NCBI GenBank assembly: GCA_964035545.1
Contig: OZ037768.1
Span: 11,378,741 to 11,442,740, forward strand
Length of the DNA stretch: 64,000 nucleotides
Direction of reading: 5' to 3'
Origin: Bugula neritina
Lineage: Eukaryota > Animalia > Bryozoa
Part shown: piece after piece, positions 56,368-64,000 of the stretch
Position numbering within the stretch: the first letter of the stretch is position 1
Layout: each line of letters begins with the position of its first letter
Program-made: the position numbers and the translations under genes
Notes under the pieces: generated by a model
Database searches by the model: none
What the model was told of the DNA's origin: nothing
The model's input: the letters and a program-made list of their open reading frames with translations, nothing else

Positions 56368-59300
56368 TGTCAGTTCTAATCCACCCAAATAGATGATTAG
56401 TATTAGAATAAAGAAGGTATTAGCTGTATTATTATTTTAGTTCAAGCTGCGAATTTCTTCAAAGGGAATAATAAACAGACAGTTCATTTTCAAGCCACAG
56501 GTCATGACGATTGCTTATTTTGGTATGATGAATGAATATGCAAGATAGAGGGAGAGTGGCAAATTCTCTATAGTGTTATTTTTAGTGGAGTTTGCAACAT
56601 GAAAAGCTAAATGATCGTGAAATAAAACCACCATGATTCAAACCCAAACACCAAACCGAGAATTCTAAACCCTAGCTTAGTCAAACTCTACATCTTTGTA
56701 TTCAAGTGTATAAATAAACACAGATGCTTTCTGTACCAGGTTTAAATTATACATGCATGCATCAGCAACACCTACATGTTAGTAATAACTAGTGCTTATT
56801 TATTTTCAAACTGTTCTAATTTTTAGTAAGAATTAGTTTAATGTAGTACTTATCCCAGTCAGTCACCTGACTTGCTGATAGACTCGTTATCATAGCAACT
56901 TGGATCAGTAACACTGAATATAGGCACACTTTGTGTTACATATTCACCACAATCAATGTATTGTCTTAGTGCAAAATGAATGAAGAATACTGATAAAAAG
57001 TTGATGATTAATTGATGACAAGAGAGTAAACAGGAAGCTGCTGGCATAAGAATTTTTGCTTGAGTTGCAGGTTATTAATATATGAACAGCACATCAAGGA
57101 TGTATAGTGCTATCAGCTCTCACGGTCAAACTATTCTTTCTTATATATTATCAGGAAATTTAACAACTGCTGTTTGGTAACAGCTGCTTTGAGTAGTCAT
57201 TCACAAAATATTTAAAGTGGGTGGTAATGTAAAGCATCCAAATTCAGTACCTCTTTTTGACCCTATCAATAGGTTCTAACCTCTTTCTAATTAGCTCTTT
57301 ATGCAGTCATCAGAAGCCTAATTTAGACTTAAACTAAACAACTCAATTCACAGTGTTTGTTGACAATCTTTTAAAGGATGGGATATATGTGTTTTGGGAA
57401 TTCAACCACAAAACATTGTTTAACTTTTGGTTAGTTGTACGTTATCTGAGTTTAATTGAACTGAATATTTTATTATATGAATATAACAAATCTGCCATGC
57501 AATCACTCTAAAACTACATGTATATATGAAACTATATGTAAGATGTAGCTTTCACTAGCCTTTATTATTAAACTGCTTATATTTGCCTGTATGTTTGTTA
57601 CAAAAACCATTAAGATTATTGACATGATGCAAACAAACTATCAGTTTAATAGTTATTGGTGTAGTTTGCACTGTAGACACAGTAAGTATCAAATGAGGTG
57701 TTTTCTATGTAATATAATTGTTTGCCCTGCAGTCAATTGATTTCATTTGCAATATTATCATGACTCAATATTGTTATTACTTACAATATGATATCATTAT
57801 AATAATATAGTTTATAGACACAATATTTTTTTCATTTTCATTACAAGGCAGTTGATGATAGTGAGTCTGGTCGAGGGATGAAGGAGAGACAACTTCCACT
57901 GTGTTTTAGGAGGCTGGTTCTGACTTCAGTCTACACGTGAAGATGTACCACGTGTCATAAGCAACAGTCACAGGAAATAACTTGTTTATCAACATTTCTG
58001 TATGACAACAACAGATGAACAATAGCTATGGAGTACCAATAAATAATGATTAACAGCATATGTGGCATGTTGTTACGTAACTTCAAACCCATTATCTTCC
58101 TCTGTGTATTATTGTTTAAGCAGTTTCTATTAGGAATGCAACTCCAGTTTAGAAAAATATGCAGCTTTGGTTTTACAGATGCCTCAGGCACTCTTATATG
58201 TGGCTTTACAACAGGCAGTGATATTTTTGGCATTTGCTAGCTTTATTAAAAAATTAAAAAGCTTCAAGTAATTAAATATTAAGCATTTCAAAACCCCTCC
58301 TTCAATTTGTTAGTTTTGGTTTATATTGAATACGTATTATGCCATATATACAACACTTAATATCTGATATGATATATGCCATGCATGTCACTTATTTATA
58401 TAGGCAAATCTTTGAGAATATAGACAACAGCTAATGTGGTATTAGCTAGCAAGTATATTATGATGTCTAAGATTCAAATGCATGAATATTGCCCACTGTA
58501 TGATAACAAATAAAGTGGCACTAAGCTATCCAAAAATGTTACTCTGGGAAATATTGCAAATATAATGTATATGATTTTATAATGTACGAATTCAAATGCT
58601 TTTATGAAGGTGGAGGAATAACTGCCCACTAACTCTGCACAGCCTATAATTTAGATTCATAGAATACAGCTGAATACATATTATTATGCAGTATGCAATT
58701 AATAATATTAAAGTTGCCATCATGATACAATGGACCAATAAAATGAAAAGCTGTAACACATTGCCATATTTCAAGAAATGAAGTGCAGTTTTATCAAAAT
58801 GTAGGCCTAATAATTGCATTTGAAATACCAAATTGCATTTCCGACCACTATTGCCTACAGTTTCAACAGTCAGTTTGGCAATATATGACAATATATGTCT
58901 TTTTTCCTATAGTATTATCAGTGATTGAACACCTGGATATTGAAGTATTGTTTATTAGATGGGCTGGCAACAAGCACAGCTGCACTTTGTGTCATAATTG
59001 GTATCCACAGGAAGTTTGCGTAGAATGTTGATGGGAGAGCTGCACTTGAGTGCTGATAACGCACAAACATGTACAGCGTACAGTGTGACTGAGTATATCT
59101 GCAACAGATAATGCTGCTATGTAAAGTTCACTAATGAGTCTATGAGTTTCCTGTACTCTCAGATCAATAAGGTAGACCAGTTCAACTAACTCCACAAGTA
59201 AGGCAACAAAACAACATGCAATGTTATGCAAACTAATAGCTAACCAAGTTAGAGTTGTAATTTAATTTGTTCTTCTGCGTGTGACACTTCAAATCGGTTT

Positions 59301-61493
59301 CCTATGGCAGTTAGGAACATCAGCCTGAATGACTAACTCAAGTCAGAAATAAAACTGTGCTTTAAAAGAGCTATACGGTTTAATAATAATAGCTAGTACT
59401 CATGCATACTGGGATATATACACATTATAATATGTATTATTTGTCTAGACTTTAGGTAAAGGTTGTTAGAAAAGCAATTATAGCAAATCAATTGCTAGTT
59501 TCAAGAGTAATGATTGCTATCTTCTATCTCAAGAACTATATGAAAAGTCAATAATATAACATTATGTGGGTTTAACATGTATGTTAATTTTGCTTAGCTA
59601 GAGTTTTCAATTTGATGAAAGGTACTTAGATTTGGTGTTTGGTTGCTTAATATATAGACAGATGTTTCTAATGTGAAAAATTTTCGAATAACCCTCAGAC
59701 TATGTGAAACTTCTACAGACCTGTAATTGTTTTAACTTTATATGTAAAAACACCTATGATACAGTACTATTTATTTTAAGAAATCAGGTAAGAATATAAC
59801 ATTTGTTACGCAATCACATCACAATTGCAAACAATTCAATCAAAGTCAGTGTTCTTTAAATAAACAAAGTGTAGTTCAACTGTTTACATCATATAAATAT
59901 AAGAAATATGTAGCTAATCACTCGCATGTGTAGATTTTAAACACTTGTAGTTTCATCACTCAAATGAAAGCTGTACAGAAACTAGCATGACTTTAGCATG
60001 ACATTGTCACTACTAATTAGTTCCTTTCTGTGGCAAGAGGCATTGTTATGCTTTGTAAGTTGAGGTAATGAAGCAAGAATAGTTGGTATAATTATTAATC
60101 AATACTGTGAATCTACAGGAAACAGGAAAAACCTCATTCATCCTCCAGCTGTTACTTTATAAATAATGTTCAAGTCACATGTGTGTGTGGTTGATTTGCC
60201 CAGCATATTATTATCATATCCCTAGGTGAGTTAGAAGAAGGTGTAATGGTCATCTGATTGTATGGTGAAATACTGTAGCTAAAGCATCAACCTTTACATC
60301 TCCATAGTATATGACCAATTTAAATTTTAGACAATATATAAGGACCAGCACATCGTTTGTTGGTACATTTTTCAGGTGAAATAAAGTTAAATAATATTCT
60401 CAAAAGTATCAAATAATAGTTGCAGTTTAGCACAAAGGGTGTGGGGATGAGGAGAGTAGCTATGAATCAAGATATTACATAATAGTTGGTATTGACTTAG
60501 AGATAGTGAGATACAGGTGGTAACTGACAAGTGTTAAAATATTATTGCAGGCCAAAAACTATTTGTAGCTATTTAATCATTCCATCAATTTACCATAGCA
60601 CTAATAAGTCCACATGCGTGTATTTTATTTTCTCATCAGAATAAATTTGTGAAAATCAAGTGAGAAGACAACCCCATAGTTATCAGTAGCTCTCAGAGAT
60701 GTAAGTTAAAAGTCTGAAGTTGCATTTTGCATTTCTCTGTTTTCTGTGCATCTAGCGAGTTGCACGTTTACATTTGTAGCAGTTTTCCTGTAATTTCAAC
60801 GAGTTTCAGTAGAACTATAAAGGGGTACTTGGGCGAGTGATATTAACTGAAACTCAGTACTTTTTCCATCAGATGTATAATCGCAACTTGGAAGAATGCT
60901 CATTGATGTCATACATAATATTAAGGAATCAAACAGTTTCATTTTAATTATGAGAATCTTCCCTGCATATAATAACTTGTTAGTAAAATTTGAGCTGGCA
61001 GTTTATATAACTTTAAGTATAAAACAGAGAACAAGAGATGTGACAAAGTTGAAGGTAACTTACTGAAGGAGATAATAGTGGTTGTAGGTGTTATATTTTA
61101 CCCAGATTGTTGAAGTTTAATGGCTCTATACCTATAAGCACACTTAGCCCATTTAAAACTGGCAACACTACAATACTATACACCCATAAACGCACTAAAT
61201 CATGCATAATTTGCTAGTAAAATGTATTCACCAAAATAAGTATTCATTTGACAATTTCAGAAATATGACATAGTTGGATTTTAATTATTTCCATAATTTT
61301 ATATTCAATGGCTTTTTATGCTTCATGTATCAGGTAATTATGATTCTTCAGCTGGTTTAGTAAGTTGCAGGTCCAAGAGTAAGATTTGTCTTTTCAATGC
61401 AATACTGTATGCCCTTAATATGAACTTAGTAATACAATGTAGCGTTCAAGGGCTCTATCACCCTGACCTGACATAGAATGTAAAAGTCAATAT

Positions 61494-62206
61494 TAGTCTA
61501 GAAGTAACCTTCCAAAAAGTGCTCAAAAAATTGGCTTATTACACTTTACTAGGTGGCCACTCAAAAAAAGTTGTTTTTAGATCAAAATTTTGTGCTGATT
61601 CTGAATCTACAAAATCTAGAATTTTATCTCTACCCAAACTCAAGATATTGCAAAAAACAAATCGGCATTTGTGAATTGTGCAAAATAGTATCCAATTTTA
61701 TCAAGCTATCTTGAAGAAAAAATATTTGTTGAAATACCAAAAAAAATTGCCTCTTACTTAGAATTCTATGCTGATAGTGAATTTAAAGACTGCAAGAGGC
61801 TATCTCAAATTATAACCAAGTTGTTTATATAAACATATATAGTCTAGAAGTAACCTCCCAAAAAGTGCTCAAAAAATTGGCTTATTACACTTTACTAAAT
61901 GGCCACTCAAAAAAAGTTGTTTTTAAATCAGAATTTTGTGCTGATTTTGAATCTACAAGTTTTAGAATTCTATCTCTACCCAAACTCAAGTTATTGTAAA
62001 AAACAAATCGACGTTTTAGATGGGTGATAAAAAGAAATGTAGATCGTGAAAAATAGTATCCAATTTTATCAAGCTATCTTGAAAAAAAAAAATTTGCTGA
62101 AATACCAAAAATAATTGCCTCTTACTTAGAATTCTATGCTGATATTGAATTTAAAGACTGCAAGACACTATCTCAAATTAAAACCAAGTTGTTTATATAA
62201 ACATAT
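61494..62206. repeat. Tandem duplication (~346 + ~367 bp) of the transposon terminal region
   Basis: Units 61494-61839 and 61840-62206 both begin TAGTCTAGAAGTAACCT and end GTTTATATAAACATAT; they differ by scattered substitutions and an ~20-bp indel near 62020. Confidence 0.92.
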
Positions 62207-62499
62207 GTGTTTGTTATGAATCGACATATTGCATAAGGCATAAGCATGCAGAATAATCATGTATGACCAAGCTATTTATACAAAAATAAAAACAAAGTCA
62301 TGCTGATGTGTGAAAAAACTATATTTATAAAATTATAGTACAAAATAAATGTTGAAATGAATAAGTATTGAAATCTTTTGAGCTCAGCCCAAGTGAACCA
62401 TTTGCTGGTCTGTCGGTAACCGTTAAACGTCTGCAAAAATCAACAAAATTCTGTAAAATTATTTAGAGGAACAGAAGCATGAGAGATTATCAAAATCAA

Positions 62500-64000
62500 A
62501 TTGGTTGCAGCAAAATATATAACAAATGTCTAAAAATAGTGCTTTATTATGAAAAGTATTCTCGCCATCATTTTCACTGCCATCAGTCTCATCAGCTTCT
62601 TCCCCAATATAAAGGTTCTTTTCAGACAATCCTTACATTGACAAACATCAGTGTATGCACTGCATTTGAGATTTTTGACATCCACATCTTGATATGTTGC
62701 AACTGGTCTTACAGGAGCAGTTTAAACTTTGCAATATACATGTTCAGGTGCGGAAGCTTGAATCATCTACTTTATATTTATGTTGCCGTGATTCTCAACA
62801 ATCTTTTCATAATGTTCTGGGGTAGTGCATCAATATAGGCTGTTGTCACTCTTCTCCAAATGGCTGCTTGATAATTTGATCTTTTTACATGCAAATTTAA
62901 TTCATCTTTTGTTGGAGGCAAACTCTATTAAGTTATTTTAGACTGTGAACAAAATACAGTGTATCAGACATTATCTATATATGGATTTCCTGCTCCATAA
63001 AGCTTATAGATAAATTGTTCTACTTCAGCCGCTGTAATAGCTTACAGCTTAAAATACTTCCCAAGGTGTTCAAAGTTTCCCATACATTATGGATATTTTC
63101 TCAAAAAAGAGTAGGCTGTGCGCTATCCTTTTCCATAAAAAGCACTATAGTCGAATAAAAACCTGTTAAAGCATGAAATCTACCAAGTGCTGCACACAAC
63201 TGCGGTTTGAATTTATTTGCTGCAATGTTGACATCCAAATATATAATATGATTATGGTTTCCTCACGCTATTTTTATTTTGTTACCATATATATTACTAT
63301 TATCTATATAACTGATGAATTGATTGCTAATATGCTAATAGCTATATGTAGCTAATACATATACTAATACTAATACTAATACTAATATAGTAATACATTA
63401 ATAATAGACACTATCTTTAATGGATACTTATTAACAAAATATATTTTCAAACAACAGACAAGATGTATAAAATAATATACAAAATTAATAAGTTAATGCA
63501 AATCAAAAGAATTTATTTATGTGCTAAATAACAAGCAATTGATCCAAGTTTATTTAAATATACATATATTTCAATAATATTAAAATAAGTTGCACATGAA
63601 AATAAATTTTACCAAAATAAATAACTAGTGTCTAAGTAGGAAATTTACCCTAGCCTCTATCTGGCATGACACCATGATTACCACACCCGTGAAAAAATAT
63701 AATTGGTAAGAAGGTAATGTTTTGGAAATAGCGAGACTTAGGATGAAAACATCAGTGTCTTGAGATTTGATTATTACACGTGAGATTATGATGTTCATAA
63801 GATATTTTGCATGTAACAAAGTTTGTGTATCTGCTTCCTCATGATCTAATTGTAAACATTTGAGTTGTGCTTTCTTAGGAATTCCACCATGTTTGTAAAG
63901 CTCTAACTGAATGCAATTTGCTTTTGGTATGCATCAACTATAATAACAATATTGTTCTCTAAAATATTTTTACTCCATGTTTCACACAAAAATGCACCAG
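62500..64000 (-). pseudogene. Degenerate transposon protein (XPG-like domain plus Cys8/CXC finger)
   Basis: Minus-strand fragments FLCETW; DHEEADTQTLLHA...IKSQDTDVFIL; FHALTG..ST..FYGKG*; EVEQFIYKLYG; SLPPTKDELNLHVKRSNYQAAIW; NCSCKTSCNISRCGCQK...TDVCQCKDC. Several stops and frameshifts; probable AT-rich intron at ~63250-63648. Confidence 0.88.

Larger units (their letters stand above)
61494..64000 (-). mobile_element. Academ-type (AcademX-like) DNA transposon remnant, truncated by the window edge
   Basis: TAG-starting terminus plus decayed coding sequence for an XPG/FEN1-like nuclease domain and a Cys-rich C-terminus, the architecture described for Academ proteins. Superfamily call is from motif recall. 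Confidence 0.72.

Noticed and set aside
51360-59231. Several 60-106-aa ORFs downstream of DUSP
   Set aside because: AT-rich composition, no motifs, and no phase-consistent exon chain found.
62479-62838. 119-aa plus-strand ORF
   Set aside because: Antisense shadow of the transposon pseudogene on the minus strand.

Overview
AT-rich, intron-containing animal (invertebrate) genomic DNA. It carries five spliced protein-coding genes that I assembled by hand from GT-AG junctions with consistent reading phase: Rap1 GTPase (-, 2970-7820, 6 coding exons, 185 aa), peroxisomal 3-ketoacyl-CoA thiolase ACAA1 with a PTS2 (-, 15255-19377, 9 exons, 428 aa), novel-class protein kinase C delta (+, 25141-41053, 14 exons, 696 aa), a Ly6/uPAR three-finger GPI-type protein absent from the ORF track (-, 42609-45491, 3 exons, 133 aa) and a DUSP6/7 (MKP3) phosphatase (+, 46705-49980, 3 exons, 375 aa). 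Mobile DNA: an intact 4500-bp Ty3/Gypsy (Mag-like) element with identical 232-bp LTRs and a 5-bp TSD in the probable Rap1 5'UTR intron, an unrelated 562-bp solo LTR, three tRNA-derived SINE copies, a MITE, and a decayed Academ-type DNA transposon with a duplicated terminus running off the right end. The most unusual unexplained signal is a 'drifting hexamer' texture next to the 5' ends of four genes, in which each 6-mer is a near-copy of its neighbour, often with a complementary-base swap. It may be an accumulated record of transposon insertion/excision footprints in open chromatin. All assignments come from reading the sequence; no searches were run.
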